64,000 nt of DNA from contig CAVOGR010000004.1 in NCBI GenBank assembly GCA_963695555.1, positions 32,001 to 96,000 on the forward strand. Reading direction: 5' to 3'. This document shows, piece by piece, positions 36,736 to 53,478 of the stretch. The translations under genes and the position numbers were made by a program. The number at the start of each line of letters is the position of its first letter. The first letter of the stretch is position 1. The notes under the pieces were generated by a model. The model saw nothing but the letters and a program-made list of their open reading frames with translations, was not told where the DNA came from and made no database searches. The stretch is from an uncultured Gemmatimonadales bacterium. Lineage in GTDB: Bacteria; Gemmatimonadota; Gemmatimonadetes; Gemmatimonadales; GWC2-71-9.

Positions 36736-37116
36736 ATGGCTCGTATCGCTGGCGTGGATCTTCCCCGCGAGAAGCGCGTCGAAGTCGCCCTCACCTACAT
36801 CCATGGTGTGGGCCGGTCGACCAGCGCCAACATCCTCGCCGACACCGGCGTGTCTCCGGATACGCGCGTGCGCGATCTCTCGGACGCGGAAGTCGCGCGA
36901 TTGCGGCAGTTCATCGACCGGTCCGTCAGGGTCGAGGGAGCGCTCCGCACCGAAGTCGCCATGAACATCAAGCGCCTGATGGACATCGGCAGCTATCGCG
37001 GGGTGCGACATCGCCGCGGGCTTCCGGTCCGAGGGCAGCGAACCCACACTAACGCCCGCACGAAGAAGGGGCCGCGCCGCGCGATCGCGGGCAAGAAGAA
37101 GCTAACCAAGAAGTAA
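36736..37116 (+). CDS. rpsM: 30S ribosomal protein S13
   Basis: [10 protein letters not shown]...[15 protein letters not shown]. Confidence 0.98.
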   Translation: MARIAGVDLPREKRVEVALTYIHGVGRSTSANILADTGVSPDTRVRDLSDAEVARLRQFIDRSVRVEGALRTEVAMNIKRLMDIGSYRGVRHRRGLPVRGQRTHTNARTKKGPRRAIAGKKKLTKK

Positions 37117-37124
37117 TCCAACGC

Positions 37125-37523
37125 ATGGCAAATGGAACGGATAAGCCGTCGGTAGGTCGACGCGCCAAGAAAGTCGTCGAGGCCGAGGGCATCGCCCACA
37201 TCTGCGCGACCTTCAACAACGTGCTGATCACGATCAGTGACCTGCAGGGCAACACCGTCACGTGGGGATCCGCCGGGAAGGCCGGATTCAAGGGGTCCAA
37301 GAAGTCGACCCCATTCGCGGCGACCGTGGCCTCGGAACAGTGTGCCCGCGAGGCGGTGAACTTGGGCGTCAAGCGAGTCCACGTGCGAGTCCAGGGTCCG
37401 GGCAGTGGTCGCGAGTCGGCCATTCAGGCATTGGCATCGGCAGGGCTCAAGGTCATGTCCATCCGCGACGTGACGCCCATTCCGCACAACGGCTGTCGTC
37501 CTCCCAAGAAGCGGCGGGTCTGA
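37125..37523 (+). CDS. rpsK: 30S ribosomal protein S11
   Basis: [18 protein letters not shown] and [14 protein letters not shown]. Confidence 0.98.
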   Translation: MANGTDKPSVGRRAKKVVEAEGIAHICATFNNVLITISDLQGNTVTWGSAGKAGFKGSKKSTPFAATVASEQCAREAVNLGVKRVHVRVQGPGSGRESAIQALASAGLKVMSIRDVTPIPHNGCRPPKKRRV

Positions 37524-37526
37524 CCC

Positions 37527-38162
37527 ATGGCGCGATACACGGGTCCGAGCTGCCGGCTGTGCCGGAGAGAAGGCGCCAAGCTGTTCCTCAAGGGAACGCG
37601 GTGCCTGACTGAGAAGTGCGCCATCGAGCGGCGGGCCTATCCGGCCGGCCAGCACGGCCAGGGCACCGGGCGGCCTCGCAAGCAGTCCGAGTATGCGCGC
37701 CAGCTCAGGGAAAAGCAGAAGGTGAAGCGGACGTACGGGTTGTCGGAAAATCAGTTCCGCAACCTGTTCGACCGGATTTCGCGCGAGCCCGGGGTGACGG
37801 GTACGAACCTGCTCGTGGCGTTGGAGTCCCGACTCGACAACCTGGTGTACCGGATGGGATTTGCCGTGAGCCGCAAGGCGGCGCGCCAATTGGTGCGGCA
37901 CGGCCACGTCGAGGTCAATGGCCGGAGGGTCGATGTGCCGTCGTTCCGGGTGGAGCCGGGCCAGGAGGTCCGGGTGTCCCAGGCGAGCCGTGATCTCGTC
38001 GCCGTGAAGGCGGCTCAGGACTTCGCAGCCCGCGGGGCTCCGGTGCCCTGGCTCACGATCGATGCCGACAAGGCGGCCGGGCGATACGTCGAGCGGCCCA
38101 CTCGTGACGCGATTCCCACCACGGCGCAAGAGCAGCTCATCGTCGAACTCTACTCCAAGTAG
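37527..38162 (+). CDS. rpsD: 30S ribosomal protein S4 (Zn-binding form)
   Basis: MARYTGPSCRLCRREG, LESRLDN and IVELYSK. Confidence 0.98.
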   Translation: MARYTGPSCRLCRREGAKLFLKGTRCLTEKCAIERRAYPAGQHGQGTGRPRKQSEYARQLREKQKVKRTYGLSENQFRNLFDRISREPGVTGTNLLVALESRLDNLVYRMGFAVSRKAARQLVRHGHVEVNGRRVDVPSFRVEPGQEVRVSQASRDLVAVKAAQDFAARGAPVPWLTIDADKAAGRYVERPTRDAIPTTAQEQLIVELYSK

Positions 38163-38173
38163 TGAAGGACCTC

Positions 38174-39250
38174 ATGACCATCGATTTGACCGGCTTGGTT
38201 CGTCCCCATCTGGTAGAAATGGCAAAGCGGGACGACAATCCGAATGCCGCGGAATTCAGGCTTCAGCCGCTCGAACGCGGGTTCGGCTACACCCTGGGCA
38301 ACGGCCTGCGCCGGCTGCTCTTGTCGTCGTTGCGCGGCACGGCCGTGTGGGGAATGCGGATGGACGGCGTGGTCCACGAGCACCAAACGGTCCAGGGCGT
38401 GCTGGAGGATGTCCACCAGATCATCCAGCGGCTCAAGGCGTTGACGTTGGTGTTGAGCGAGGACGTGCACGAGGCCGTGCTAACGGTCAAGCGAGACGGC
38501 CCCGGCCCGGTCTATGCCCGAGACATCGACCTGCATTCCGCCGTCGAGATCGGCAACCCGGACCACCTGTTGTTCACCGTTCAGGAAGACCGTGAGGTGT
38601 CGGCCGAGCTGTACGTGAACAAGGGCCGCGGGTATGTCGAAGCGGAGTTCCACGAAGTCGACCGGTCCTTGCCGGTGGATTTGGTCCGCATCGATTCGAT
38701 TTACAATCCGGTCCTGCGGGCTAATTTCTCGGTGGCGGAGACCCGTGTCGGCCAACGGACGGACTACGATCGATTGACGGTATTCGTCGAGACCAACGGT
38801 ACGCTCAGCCCGGAAGACGCCATCGCCTACGCCGCCGCGCTCGCGCAGGAGCATTTCCAGTACTTCCGGGACTTCGGCCGTGTGCCCTTGGCACCGGAGC
38901 CGGAGGAGCCCTTCGAGGCCGGCCACGGCGTCGACCTCGCGTCGCGCTTGACGCAGCCCATCGACGATCTCGGACTATCGGTGCGAGCGTTGAATTCGCT
39001 CAAGAATTCCAGTATTCGCAGCCTGAAGGATCTCGTCGAGCTCTCGGAAGAAGATCTGCTCAAGGTCAAGAATGTCGGGGAGAAGGCGTTGACCGAGATC
39101 GGTGAGCTTCTCGAGCGCGAGGGGTTCAACTTCCGGATGGTGTTCGAATCGGATGGGGAGACGCTTCGGGTCGTCGATCCCGGCGTGGCGCCTACCGCCC
39201 GGATTGCAGGGCCCGCCGAAGACGAGACCTCCGAAGAGGTCGAGGCCTAA
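38174..39250 (+). CDS. rpoA: RNA polymerase alpha subunit (alternative GTG start 38162)
   Basis: PLERGFGYTLGN, RVGQRTDYD and LSVRALNSL. Confidence 0.97.
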   Translation: MTIDLTGLVRPHLVEMAKRDDNPNAAEFRLQPLERGFGYTLGNGLRRLLLSSLRGTAVWGMRMDGVVHEHQTVQGVLEDVHQIIQRLKALTLVLSEDVHEAVLTVKRDGPGPVYARDIDLHSAVEIGNPDHLLFTVQEDREVSAELYVNKGRGYVEAEFHEVDRSLPVDLVRIDSIYNPVLRANFSVAETRVGQRTDYDRLTVFVETNGTLSPEDAIAYAAALAQEHFQYFRDFGRVPLAPEPEEPFEAGHGVDLASRLTQPIDDLGLSVRALNSLKNSSIRSLKDLVELSEEDLLKVKNVGEKALTEIGELLEREGFNFRMVFESDGETLRVVDPGVAPTARIAGPAEDETSEEVEA

Positions 39251-39252
39251 CC

Positions 39253-39609
39253 ATGCGGCATCGTGTCAAGGGCAGGCAGCTGTCACGGACGGCGAGCCAC
39301 CGACGGGCGCTTCTCAGGAACATGGCCACCAGCCTCTTCCGGCATGACCGAGTGGTGACGACCGAAGCGAAGGCGAAGGAGCTGCGTCCCTACGCTGAGC
39401 GCCTCATCACGCTCGCGAGGCGAGGCGACCTCCATGCGCGTCGGCAGGCTGAGCGCCGAATCCGTGACAGGGAAACCCTCCACCGGTTGTTCGCGGAGAT
39501 CGGTCCCCGCTTCGCGTCGCGTCCCGGCGGTTACACCCGCATTCTCAAGTTGGGTCACCGCAAGGGAGACGGAGCCGAGTTGGCCCGAATCGAGCTGCTG
39601 TCGGAGTGA
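39253..39609 (+). CDS. rplQ: 50S ribosomal protein L17
   Basis: MRHRVKGRQLSR, TTEAKAKE and RPGGYTRI. Confidence 0.98.
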   Translation: MRHRVKGRQLSRTASHRRALLRNMATSLFRHDRVVTTEAKAKELRPYAERLITLARRGDLHARRQAERRIRDRETLHRLFAEIGPRFASRPGGYTRILKLGHRKGDGAELARIELLSE

Positions 39610-39636
39610 CTCACCCCGACGTGGTCAGAGAGAAAC

Positions 39637-39666
39637 AAAAAGGGGACCTTCGGGTCCCCTTTCTTT
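39637..39666. terminator. Bidirectional intrinsic terminator between rplQ and rpmB
   Basis: AAAA-AGGGGACC-TTCG-GGTCCCCT-TTCTTT. Confidence 0.88.
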
Positions 39667-39689
39667 GCCTCGGCGTGCGTCCCGGCGTG

Positions 39690-39881
39690 TCAGCCCGCCT
39701 TGACGATCTTCTGGCTCCGGATGCATCGGGTGCACACCCGAACTCGTTTCGGCTGGCCCTGGACCACGACGCGCACGGTCTGCAGATTCGGGTTCCAGCG
39801 CCGCTTGGTGCGGTTGTTGGCGTGGCTCTTGTTGTGGCCGGTCGTCGGCCCCTTCCCACACACGGAACACACCCGTGCCAT
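39690..39881 (-). CDS. rpmB: 50S ribosomal protein L28
   Basis: [10 protein letters not shown]...[16 protein letters not shown]...CTRC. Confidence 0.97.
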   Translation of the reverse strand: MARVCSVCGKGPTTGHNKSHANNRTKRRWNPNLQTVRVVVQGQPKRVRVCTRCIRSQKIVKAG

Positions 39882-39956
39882 ACGATCCTTCCTTCCGTTG
39901 GTCCGAATCGACTAGAATCGGAGAAGACGGCAAATCTAACGAGGACTTTCGCGTGA

Positions 39957-45136
<5,180 letters not shown>

Positions 45137-45140
<4 letters not shown>

Positions 45141-46141
45141 CGGCTAGAAATCCGGCCTTCGCCAAGGGGCTTCGTGAGGTCATCACGGGAGAGGTGTTGA
45201 CCGAGGCACCACTCGCGCGCTTCTCCACGTTTCGAATTGGTGGGCCGGCGACGATCGCCCTCCCGGCCAGCGTGGCCGATGTCGAGGCCGCACTGCACTT
45301 GGCTCGCCGCGTGGGCGTGCCGTGGTTCGTGCTGGGCTTGGGTTCCAACGTGCTGCTGCCCGATCAAGGGCTCGACGCGCTCGTGATCCGGTTCGGGAAG
45401 GGAATGGACGCTATCCGGTCTGAGGGCGAGCGGTGGTGGTTCGGTGCCGGGCTCCCGGCGCCGCTGGCCGCTCGTCGCACTGCCGCGGCGGGGTGGGGCG
45501 GGCTCCACACCATGGTCGGGGTGCCCGGCACGGTCGGAGGCGGGGTGTACATGAACGCCGGGTGTCATGGGTCGGAGTGGTCGCAGGTCGTGGCCCGGGT
45601 CACCGTGATGGAGGCCGACGGCCGGACCGCTGTGCTCGAACGCGCGGCCATTCCGTTTCAGTATCGCTGGAGCGGCCTCGAACAGAAGATCGTACTGGAG
45701 GCCGAGGTCACCCTCGCCGCCGCCGATCCCGACCTGCTCCAGCGTCGGACGAATGAGCTCTTCAAGTGGCGGCAGGAGGGGACTCCGTTCAACCAGCCGT
45801 GTTGCGGAAGTACCTTCAAGAACCCGGCTCTTCCGCCGGGCGGTCACCCGAGCGGCCTCTCGACGGCGGGGCAATTTCTTGATGCGGCCGGCCTCAAGGG
45901 CTTCACGATCGGCGGGGTCCAGATCTCCCCTGTGCATGCGAACTATTTTGTCAATCTCGGCGGTGGCACCGCGGCGGACGTCCAGACGCTGATCGAGCAT
46001 GCCCGCGAGCGAGTGGCCGAGCGGTTCGGTGTCGTGCTGGACACGGAAGTCAAATTGGTCGCAGCCGACGGGACCTACGCCACGGTGGGCCCGGCCAGCG
46101 TGCCCGGTAGCCGGCCACGTCCTATCCGTCCAGTCTCATGA
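45137..46141 (+). CDS. murB: UDP-N-acetylenolpyruvoylglucosamine reductase
   Basis: [15 protein letters not shown]...MNAG, GSTFKNP and HAN. Confidence 0.94.
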
Positions 46142-46156
46142 ACCTCAAGGAATCCC

Positions 46157-46747
46157 ATGGCAGATTTCTACGCGCATGAGTCGAGCTACGTCGACGCGGG
46201 TGCACGCATCGGCCAGGGTACCAAGATCTGGCACTTTTGCCATATCATGCCTGGCGCGGTCATCGGGTCCGGCTCGACGCTTGGCCAGAATGTCGTGGTC
46301 ATGCCGGGGACCGTGATCGGCAACAATGTGAAGATCCAGAATAACGTCTCGATTTACGAAGGGGTGATTCTGGAGGACGACACATTTTGCGGCCCCAGTT
46401 GTGTGTTCACAAACGTGCTCAACCCCAGAAGTCACATTTCCCGCAAACATGAGTTTCAGCGCACGCTCGTCCGGCGCGGCTCCACGATCGGCGCGAACGC
46501 CACCATCGTCTGCGGCATCACGCTTGGTGAATACAGCTTCATCGGTGCGGGAGCGGTGGTCACGAGCGACGTGCCGGCGTTTGGGTTGATGCTGGGAGTG
46601 CCCGCCCGCCGGGTCGGGTGGATGTGCCGCTGCGGTGACCGGCTTCCCCTCGGCGATACGGCGACGGTGTGCGGCGCCTGCGGGACTACGTATGAGGAAC
46701 GCGACGGTGGGCTTCACCTCGTTGACCCTCCCTCCGGGAGCCGCTAG
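46157..46747 (+). CDS. Hexapeptide N-acetyltransferase, WbpD/WlbB-like
   Basis: [15 protein letters not shown] and [10 protein letters not shown]-terminal CRC/CGAC. Confidence 0.85.
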   Translation: MADFYAHESSYVDAGARIGQGTKIWHFCHIMPGAVIGSGSTLGQNVVVMPGTVIGNNVKIQNNVSIYEGVILEDDTFCGPSCVFTNVLNPRSHISRKHEFQRTLVRRGSTIGANATIVCGITLGEYSFIGAGAVVTSDVPAFGLMLGVPARRVGWMCRCGDRLPLGDTATVCGACGTTYEERDGGLHLVDPPSGSR

Positions 46748-46861
46748 TTTTGGGGCCCGATCGAGCCCGATGAGTGTGCTCATGCCCGTGCCCCGCGGCG
46801 GTTGAGGGTGGTGCGGGCCTTTCCGTTGCCTGAGGGTGGGGCCTTGCTGAGGGAGACTCCA

Positions 46862-47977
46862 GTGCGAGTGCCGTTGCTCGATCTCGTCGCGCAGCATGAG
46901 CAAATCGAAGATCACGTCATCCCGGCAATCATGCGTGTGATTGCCCGGCAATCCTTTATTATGGGGCCGGAGGTCGCGGAGCTGGAGCAACAACTCGCCG
47001 CCCTTGCGGGGGTGAAGCACGCCATCGCCTGTGCCAGCGGCACCGATGCGCTTCTCCTTCCACTGAAGACCCTCGACTTGGCGCCTGGCGACGAGGTCAT
47101 CACGCCCGCCTTCACCTTCTTTGCCACGGCCGGCGCAATCCATAATGCCGGCGGCACGCCGGTGTTCGTGGATATCGAGCGTGACTCGTTCAACGTCGCT
47201 CCCGACGCGATCGAGGCGGCGATCACTCCACGGACCAGGGCCATCGTGGTGGTGCACCTGTACGGCCAAATGGCGGCGATGGAGCGGATCCTTCCCCTGG
47301 CGGAACGGCACGGCCTGGCCGTGATCGAAGACGCAGCGCAGGCCGTGGGAGCGGCCCGGATGATGGATGGCCGGCGGTGCGTGGCGGGAAGCCTCGGGGC
47401 TGTGGGCACCCTCTCGTTTTTCCCTTCGAAGAATCTGGGTGGGTGGGGTGACGGCGGCATGATCCTGACGTCCGACGACGCTCGTGCGGCCCGCCTGCGC
47501 CGCCTGCGCCTTCACGGGGGCGATAAGGAGTACCATCACGACGAGGTGGGATACAACAGCCGCCTCGATACCGTGCAGGCGGCCGTGCTGTTGGCAAAGC
47601 TCCCGTTCCTCTCCGAATGGAGCGAGGCCCGGCGGCAGGCCGCAGCCCACTACACCGAGGCGTTCGCGGATCAGCCCGGCATCGAGCCGCCGACCGTCGA
47701 TCCAGCGAACGAACACATCTTCCACCAATACACGATTCGGGTCTCCGACCGCGATGCCCTCCAGGCCTACCTGCGCGAGGCGAATATCGGTCACAAGGTC
47801 TATTACCCGATGGGGCTCCATTTGCAGCCGTGCTTTCGAGGCCTGGGATATGGGCCGGGGCAGCTGCCGAGGACCGAAGAGGCGTCGGCCGAAGTGATTT
47901 CGTTGCCGATTTATCCGGAGTTGTCCGCCGACCAGCAACACGCGGTGATCGATGCCGTGACCGGGTTCTACGCATGA
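46862..47977 (+). CDS. DegT/DnrJ/EryC1/StrS aminotransferase, WbpE-like
   Basis: SGTDAL, EDAAQ, SFFPSKNLG and NSRLD. Confidence 0.88.
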   Translation: MRVPLLDLVAQHEQIEDHVIPAIMRVIARQSFIMGPEVAELEQQLAALAGVKHAIACASGTDALLLPLKTLDLAPGDEVITPAFTFFATAGAIHNAGGTPVFVDIERDSFNVAPDAIEAAITPRTRAIVVVHLYGQMAAMERILPLAERHGLAVIEDAAQAVGAARMMDGRRCVAGSLGAVGTLSFFPSKNLGGWGDGGMILTSDDARAARLRRLRLHGGDKEYHHDEVGYNSRLDTVQAAVLLAKLPFLSEWSEARRQAAAHYTEAFADQPGIEPPTVDPANEHIFHQYTIRVSDRDALQAYLREANIGHKVYYPMGLHLQPCFRGLGYGPGQLPRTEEASAEVISLPIYPELSADQQHAVIDAVTGFYA

Positions 47978-48987
47978 AACCACTTCGCGTCGGTGTGATT
48001 GGGGCGGGAGCCTGGGGCAGGAACCATGTCCGGACGTTTGCGGGCATGCCGGAGGTAGAGCTCGCCGCGGTCTGTGACGTGAATCCCGACCGGTGCGCCC
48101 AAATCGAGCGCGCCTACCCCGGTGTCCACGTCACGGCTCAGGCGGACGATCTGCTCGGCCGGGTCGAAGCTGTGGTGATTGCGGCGCCGGCCCGAGACCA
48201 CGCCCCGCTGGGACACCAAGCCGTGGAAGCGGGGGTGCCCGCGCTGATCGAGAAGCCGTTTGCGCTCTCCGTGGCCGACGCCGAGCGGCTGGCGGACGCG
48301 GCGGCGAAAGCGGGGGTCCCCGTTCTGGCAGGACACTTGCTCGAATACCATCCGGCCGTTGAGCGGCTCCGCCAGATGATCGTCGATGCCACCCTCGGCG
48401 ACCTCTATTACCTGTACTCCACTCGGGTCAACTTGGGCCAGGTGCGGCCGGACGAGAACGCGCTGTGGAGCTTCGGCCCCCACGACGTCTCGGTGGCCCT
48501 CTACTTGCTTGGGGAGGTCCCGACGTCGGTCACCGCCCAGGGCCGGTCGTACCTGCAGGCGGGAATCGAGGACATCGTGTTTCTGCACCTGACCTTCGCC
48601 AGTGGAGTCGTCGCGCATGCGCACATGTCGTGGCTCGACCCCCACAAGGAGCGCCAGCTGACCGTGGTTGGCGCGCGGCAGATGGCGGTGTTCGACGACA
48701 TGGAGTCTCGGGAAAAGCTCCGGGTCTACGATAAGGGCGTCACGCGCCCGCCGGAGTACGCATCGTACGGTGAGAGTTTGGCGATTCGGGAAGGCGACAT
48801 CTTTATACCTCGGCTTCCGAACACCGAACCGCTTGCGGCCGAGCTTCGCCATTTCGTTCGGGTCGTACAACACGGCGAGTCGCCGCGGACGGATGCGCAG
48901 GATGGTGTTCGGGTGGTACAAGTGCTCGAGGCGGCCTCGCGGTCCCTCGCCGCGGGAGGAACTCCCACTCTAATTGGGCGTACATAA
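47974..48987 (+). CDS. Gfo/Idh/MocA oxidoreductase, WbpB-like
   Basis: GAGAWG, EKP and HD motifs; position among wbp-like genes. Confidence 0.82.
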   Translation: MKPLRVGVIGAGAWGRNHVRTFAGMPEVELAAVCDVNPDRCAQIERAYPGVHVTAQADDLLGRVEAVVIAAPARDHAPLGHQAVEAGVPALIEKPFALSVADAERLADAAAKAGVPVLAGHLLEYHPAVERLRQMIVDATLGDLYYLYSTRVNLGQVRPDENALWSFGPHDVSVALYLLGEVPTSVTAQGRSYLQAGIEDIVFLHLTFASGVVAHAHMSWLDPHKERQLTVVGARQMAVFDDMESREKLRVYDKGVTRPPEYASYGESLAIREGDIFIPRLPNTEPLAAELRHFVRVVQHGESPRTDAQDGVRVVQVLEAASRSLAAGGTPTLIGRT

Positions 48988-50270
48988 TGCGACTTGCGGA
49001 TGAACTGATTGCGAAAGCCGAGAGCCGGAAGGCCCGGTTCGGGGTCATCGGGCTTGGATACGTGGGCCTGCCGCTGGCCGTAGAACTCGCCAACGCCGGC
49101 TACGAGGTGGTGGGCTTCGATGTAAATCAGCACGTGGTGGATGGCCTCAACGCCGGGCGCTCCCATGTCGGGGACATCACCGATGACCAGTTGGGCGCCA
49201 TCCGGTCCGCCGGGCGGTTCACGGCCACGGTCGACATGGCTCGGCTGAGCGAGACCGACGCCATTTCGATTTGTGTGCCAACCCCCTTGTCGAAATTCAA
49301 AGATCCGGACGTCAGCTTCATCGTCGCCGCCTCCGATGCGGTCAAGGGCTCGTTGCGTCGCGGCCAGGTCATCATTTTGGAGAGCACGACGTACCCCGGA
49401 ACGACCCGGGAGATCATGCTGCCGGCCCTCGAGGGAACCGGACTTACGGTCGGCGAGGATTTCTTTCTCGCCTTCAGTCCGGAGCGGGTCGACCCCGGCA
49501 ATGCCCGGTATCAGACCAAGAACACTCCCAAGGTCATCGGCGGGATCACGCCCGATTGCTGTCGCGTCGCGACTGCCTTCTACGCTGCCGCCATCGACAC
49601 GCTGGTGGCGGTCTCCACGACGGAGGCCGCAGAACTCGTCAAGCTCCTGGAGAACACGTTCCGCATCGTGAACATTGGCCTGGCCAATGAGATGGCGATC
49701 GTCTGTGACAAGCTGGGGGTGGACGTCTGGGAGGTCATCGAGGCGGCGGCGACGAAGCCCTTTGGCTTCATGAAGTTTCTGCCGGGGCCGGGATTGGGCG
49801 GGCATTGTATCCCGATCGATCCCCACTACCTCGCCTGGAAGATGCGCGGGCTCAACTACAAGACCCGATTCATCGATCTGGCTGGCGAGGTGAACACAGA
49901 AATGCCGCTCTTCTGGATTCGGAAGGTCGGGGAAACGCTCAACGAGCGCGGGCAGGCCGTCCGCGGGTCGAAGATCTTGGTGCTCGGGGTCGCGTACAAG
50001 CCCGACATCAGTGACACCCGAGAGAGTCCGGCTATTGACATCTTTCGCCTGCTCGCCGACCAAGGAGCCCAGGTGAGCTACCACGATCCGTTGGTCCCGA
50101 TGTTCCGTGACGATGGGCGGGAACACCGATCCGTCCCGCTGACGGCCGAGGCGATCGAGGCCGCCGACTGCGTCATGATCGTCACCAATCATTCCACCAT
50201 CGATTTCGAATTGGTTCGTGAACACGCACGAGCCGTAGTCGACACCCGCAACGCGCTCGGCCGACGCTAA
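48987..50270 (+). CDS. UDP-N-acetyl-D-glucosamine 6-dehydrogenase, WbpA-like
   Basis: GLGYVGLP, ESTTYPG, SPERVDPG and GGHCIP. Confidence 0.88.
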   Translation: MRLADELIAKAESRKARFGVIGLGYVGLPLAVELANAGYEVVGFDVNQHVVDGLNAGRSHVGDITDDQLGAIRSAGRFTATVDMARLSETDAISICVPTPLSKFKDPDVSFIVAASDAVKGSLRRGQVIILESTTYPGTTREIMLPALEGTGLTVGEDFFLAFSPERVDPGNARYQTKNTPKVIGGITPDCCRVATAFYAAAIDTLVAVSTTEAAELVKLLENTFRIVNIGLANEMAIVCDKLGVDVWEVIEAAATKPFGFMKFLPGPGLGGHCIPIDPHYLAWKMRGLNYKTRFIDLAGEVNTEMPLFWIRKVGETLNERGQAVRGSKILVLGVAYKPDISDTRESPAIDIFRLLADQGAQVSYHDPLVPMFRDDGREHRSVPLTAEAIEAADCVMIVTNHSTIDFELVREHARAVVDTRNALGRR

Positions 50271-50273
50271 GCG

Positions 50274-51581
50274 ATGCACGTCACCGTCATTGGCACCGGA
50301 TACGTGGGGTTGGTCGCCGGTGCATGCCTGGCCGAGACCGGCAATACCGTCGTGTGTGCCGATGTTGATGTTGCCAAAATCGAAGGACTCCAGCAGAACC
50401 GCATCCCGATTTACGAGCCCGGCCTCGAGCCGTTGGTCCATCGGAACCAGGACGAGGGCCGGCTCAGTTTCACCACCGACGTCGCTGCGGCCATCGACCA
50501 TGGTCGAGTGATCTTCATTGCGGTCGGCACTCCCCCGGACGAAGACGGGTCGGCTGACCTCCAGCACGTCCTCGACGTTGCCGAAGCCATCGGCAAGTTC
50601 ATGCGCGGACCCAAGATCGTCGTGACCAAGTCTACCGTGCCTGTCGGCACGGCCGAACGGGTGCGTGCGGCTATCGCGCAGCATGCCGGGTTTCCATTCT
50701 CGGTGTGCTCCAATCCAGAGTTCCTCAAAGAAGGGGCCGCGATCGAGGACTTCATGAAACCCGACCGCGTCGTGTTGGGGGTTGATAATGCCGAGGCTCG
50801 TGACGTCCTGACGGCGCTCTACGCACCGTTCGTGCGGACGGGCAATCCGATTCTGTTCATGGACATCCCATCGGCGGAGGTGACGAAGTATGCCGCCAAC
50901 GCCATGCTGGCCAGCCGCATCTCGTTCATGAATCAAGTCGCGGCGTTCTGTGAGTTGGTCGGAGCCGACGTGTCCCATGTGCGCAAGGGCATTTCCACCG
51001 ATCGGCGCATTGGGCCCGCCTTTCTCTTTCCCGGCCCGGGGTACGGCGGCTCGTGCTTTCCCAAGGATGTTCAGGCCTTGATCCGGTCGGCTGCGGAACG
51101 CGGGATGCAGTTTGATATCCTCCAGGCAGTCGAAGCGGTCAATCAGCGGCAAAAGCAAGTTCTGTTGGGCAAACTCATTCAGGTATTGGGTCCGTCGCTC
51201 ACCAATCGGACGATTGCCGTGTGGGGCCTGGCCTTCAAGGCGGAGACGGACGACATGCGGGAGAGTCCTGCCATTCCGCTGGTGGAGGGGTTACTCGAGC
51301 GCGGCGCGGCCGTCCGCGTCCACGACCCCAAGGCCATGGAGATTGCCCGCACGGTGTTCGGCGATCGCGTCACGTATGTGCACGACCCCTACGAGACACT
51401 CCCGTCCGCCGATGCGCTCGTGATCGTGACCGAATGGCTGGTGTACCGGAATCCGGATTTTGAGCGGATCCGGGCGTTGCTGCGCCGTCCACTCATTGTG
51501 GATGGACGCAATCTCTACGAACCTGACCGGCTGCGGAGCCTTGGGTTCGACTACTTCGGCATCGGGAGGCAGTCCGGGTGA
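50274..51581 (+). CDS. ugd: UDP-glucose 6-dehydrogenase
   Basis: GTGYVGL, KSTVP, NPEFL and [10 protein letters not shown]. Confidence 0.93.
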   Translation: MHVTVIGTGYVGLVAGACLAETGNTVVCADVDVAKIEGLQQNRIPIYEPGLEPLVHRNQDEGRLSFTTDVAAAIDHGRVIFIAVGTPPDEDGSADLQHVLDVAEAIGKFMRGPKIVVTKSTVPVGTAERVRAAIAQHAGFPFSVCSNPEFLKEGAAIEDFMKPDRVVLGVDNAEARDVLTALYAPFVRTGNPILFMDIPSAEVTKYAANAMLASRISFMNQVAAFCELVGADVSHVRKGISTDRRIGPAFLFPGPGYGGSCFPKDVQALIRSAAERGMQFDILQAVEAVNQRQKQVLLGKLIQVLGPSLTNRTIAVWGLAFKAETDDMRESPAIPLVEGLLERGAAVRVHDPKAMEIARTVFGDRVTYVHDPYETLPSADALVIVTEWLVYRNPDFERIRALLRRPLIVDGRNLYEPDRLRSLGFDYFGIGRQSG

Positions 51582-52513
51582 GAGTCCTCATTACGGGAGC
51601 CGCGGGGTTCCTAGGATCCCACCTCGTCGATCGGTTCATCGCCGAGGGGTATGACGTCGTCGGAATGGACAACTTCATCACCGGCTCACCCGACAACATC
51701 GCCCACTTGCTGGGGAACCCAAAGTTCTCCTTCGCCAAGCACGATGTCACCACGTTCATGTATGTGGCCGGTCCGCTGGACGGCGTGCTGCACTTCGCCT
51801 CGCCCGCAAGCCCGATCGATTACCTCGAGCTGCCCATCCAAACGCTCAAGGTCGGGTCGCTCGGCACCCACACCGCACTCGGCCTGGCCAAGGCAAAGGG
51901 AGCGCGCTTCCTGCTTGCCTCGACGTCCGAAGTGTACGGCGATCCTCAGGTCCACCCGCAAACCGAGGATTACTGGGGCCATGTGAATCCGGTTGGACCG
52001 CGTGGGGTCTATGATGAGGCCAAGCGGTTTGCTGAAGCTATGACCATGGCGTACCATCGCACCCACGAAGTCGATACCCGGATCGCACGCATCTTCAATA
52101 CGTATGGCCCGCGCATGCGCGCCAGGGACGGCCGAGTCGTCTCGAATTTCATCGTCCAGGCACTGAAGGGAGAGTCGCTGACGATCTATGGAGACGGGTC
52201 GCAAACGCGTTCCTTCTGCTACGCCAGCGATCTCGTCGAGGGCATCCTGCGCCTGTTCGAGCGTGGCGATGCCGATCCGGTCAATGTCGGGAATCCCGTC
52301 GAGTTCACCGTCCGGGAGCTTGCCGAGCTGATTCTGAAGCTCACCGGCTCCACGTCGAGGTTGATCGAGCGGCCACTCCCAACGGACGATCCCAAGGTGC
52401 GCCGACCGGATATTTCACGTGCCCAGGGACTGCTCGACTGGGCTCCCCAGATCAGTCTCGAACAAGGCCTGACCAAGACTATTTCGCACTTTCGGACCCA
52501 GCTCGGCATATGA
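51578..52513 (+). CDS. UDP-glucuronate decarboxylase (UDP-xylose synthase)
   Basis: [23 protein letters not shown] and [10 protein letters not shown]. Confidence 0.9.
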   Translation: MRVLITGAAGFLGSHLVDRFIAEGYDVVGMDNFITGSPDNIAHLLGNPKFSFAKHDVTTFMYVAGPLDGVLHFASPASPIDYLELPIQTLKVGSLGTHTALGLAKAKGARFLLASTSEVYGDPQVHPQTEDYWGHVNPVGPRGVYDEAKRFAEAMTMAYHRTHEVDTRIARIFNTYGPRMRARDGRVVSNFIVQALKGESLTIYGDGSQTRSFCYASDLVEGILRLFERGDADPVNVGNPVEFTVRELAELILKLTGSTSRLIERPLPTDDPKVRRPDISRAQGLLDWAPQISLEQGLTKTISHFRTQLGI

Positions 52514-53478
52514 CGGCGGTGCTGGTGACGGGGGCGGCAGGGTTTATCGGCTCGCACCTGGCCGAGGCCTTGATCGACCGGGGCGACCGCGTCATCGGCA
52601 TCGACAACTTCGACCCGTTCTATCCGCGCGCCATCAAGGAACGCAACCTGGCCCGGCTCAAGGGCGCCGCCGGGTTCACCTTTCACGAGGCCGACATCCT
52701 CGATGGCGCCGCCCTCTTGGCCCTGCTGGCCCCGGAGATGGTCGTGGTCCACCTGGCTGCCAAAGCCGGGGTCAGACCCTCGCTCGCCGCCCCGGACGCC
52801 TACGTCAGGGCCAACCTGCTGGGCACGGCCTCCGTCATCGAATCGGCGCGGGCCGCTGGTGTGTCCCGCCTGGTGTTCGGCTCGTCTTCGTCCGTCTATG
52901 GCGACGATACCCCGGCGCCGTTCCGCGAGGACGCCCCGGCAGTCGGCCCGGTCAGCCCCTACGCCGCGACCAAACGCGGTGGGGAGCTCTTGCTGGACTC
53001 GGTCGCGCCTCACTTCGGCCTCCGGGTCGCTGCCGTCCGCCTCTTTACGGTCTACGGCCCCCGGCAGCGCCCCGACCTCGCGATCCATCACTTCACCCGC
53101 CGCATAGCGGCGCGCCAACCGATTACCTTATTCGGGGATGGAACCCAGGCGCGCGACTACACCTACTGCAGCGATATCGTGGCTGGGCTCCTCCGAGCCA
53201 TCGCGTGGACCGACCGTGCCCCGGTCGGCATGGAGATCTTCAACCTCGGTGGAGCGCGAGCGGTGCCGCTCCTCGAGATGGTCTCATCGCTGGCCCAGGC
53301 CCTGGAGATCGACCCCGTTATCGAATGGGCTCCTATGCAGCCGGGAGACGTTCGGAACACGGCGGCGGACCTGACCAAGTCCGAGCGAATGCTCGGCTAC
53401 CAGCCCGCCGTCTCCTTTGAAGAGGGGATTCGCCGATTTGTTGCGTGGTTTCGAGAACATCATGACGACGAGCCCTGA
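52510..53478 (+). CDS. UDP-glucuronate 4-epimerase-like SDR
   Basis: [21 protein letters not shown] and [11 protein letters not shown]. Confidence 0.85.
   Translation: MTAVLVTGAAGFIGSHLAEALIDRGDRVIGIDNFDPFYPRAIKERNLARLKGAAGFTFHEADILDGAALLALLAPEMVVVHLAAKAGVRPSLAAPDAYVRANLLGTASVIESARAAGVSRLVFGSSSSVYGDDTPAPFREDAPAVGPVSPYAATKRGGELLLDSVAPHFGLRVAAVRLFTVYGPRQRPDLAIHHFTRRIAARQPITLFGDGTQARDYTYCSDIVAGLLRAIAWTDRAPVGMEIFNLGGARAVPLLEMVSSLAQALEIDPVIEWAPMQPGDVRNTAADLTKSERMLGYQPAVSFEEGIRRFVAWFREHHDDEP

Noticed and set aside
46748..46861. Possible ops/JUMPstart element and TGAGGG repeats before the aminotransferase gene
   Set aside because: GGCGGTTG does not match GGCGGTAG, and the short repeats are plausible by chance
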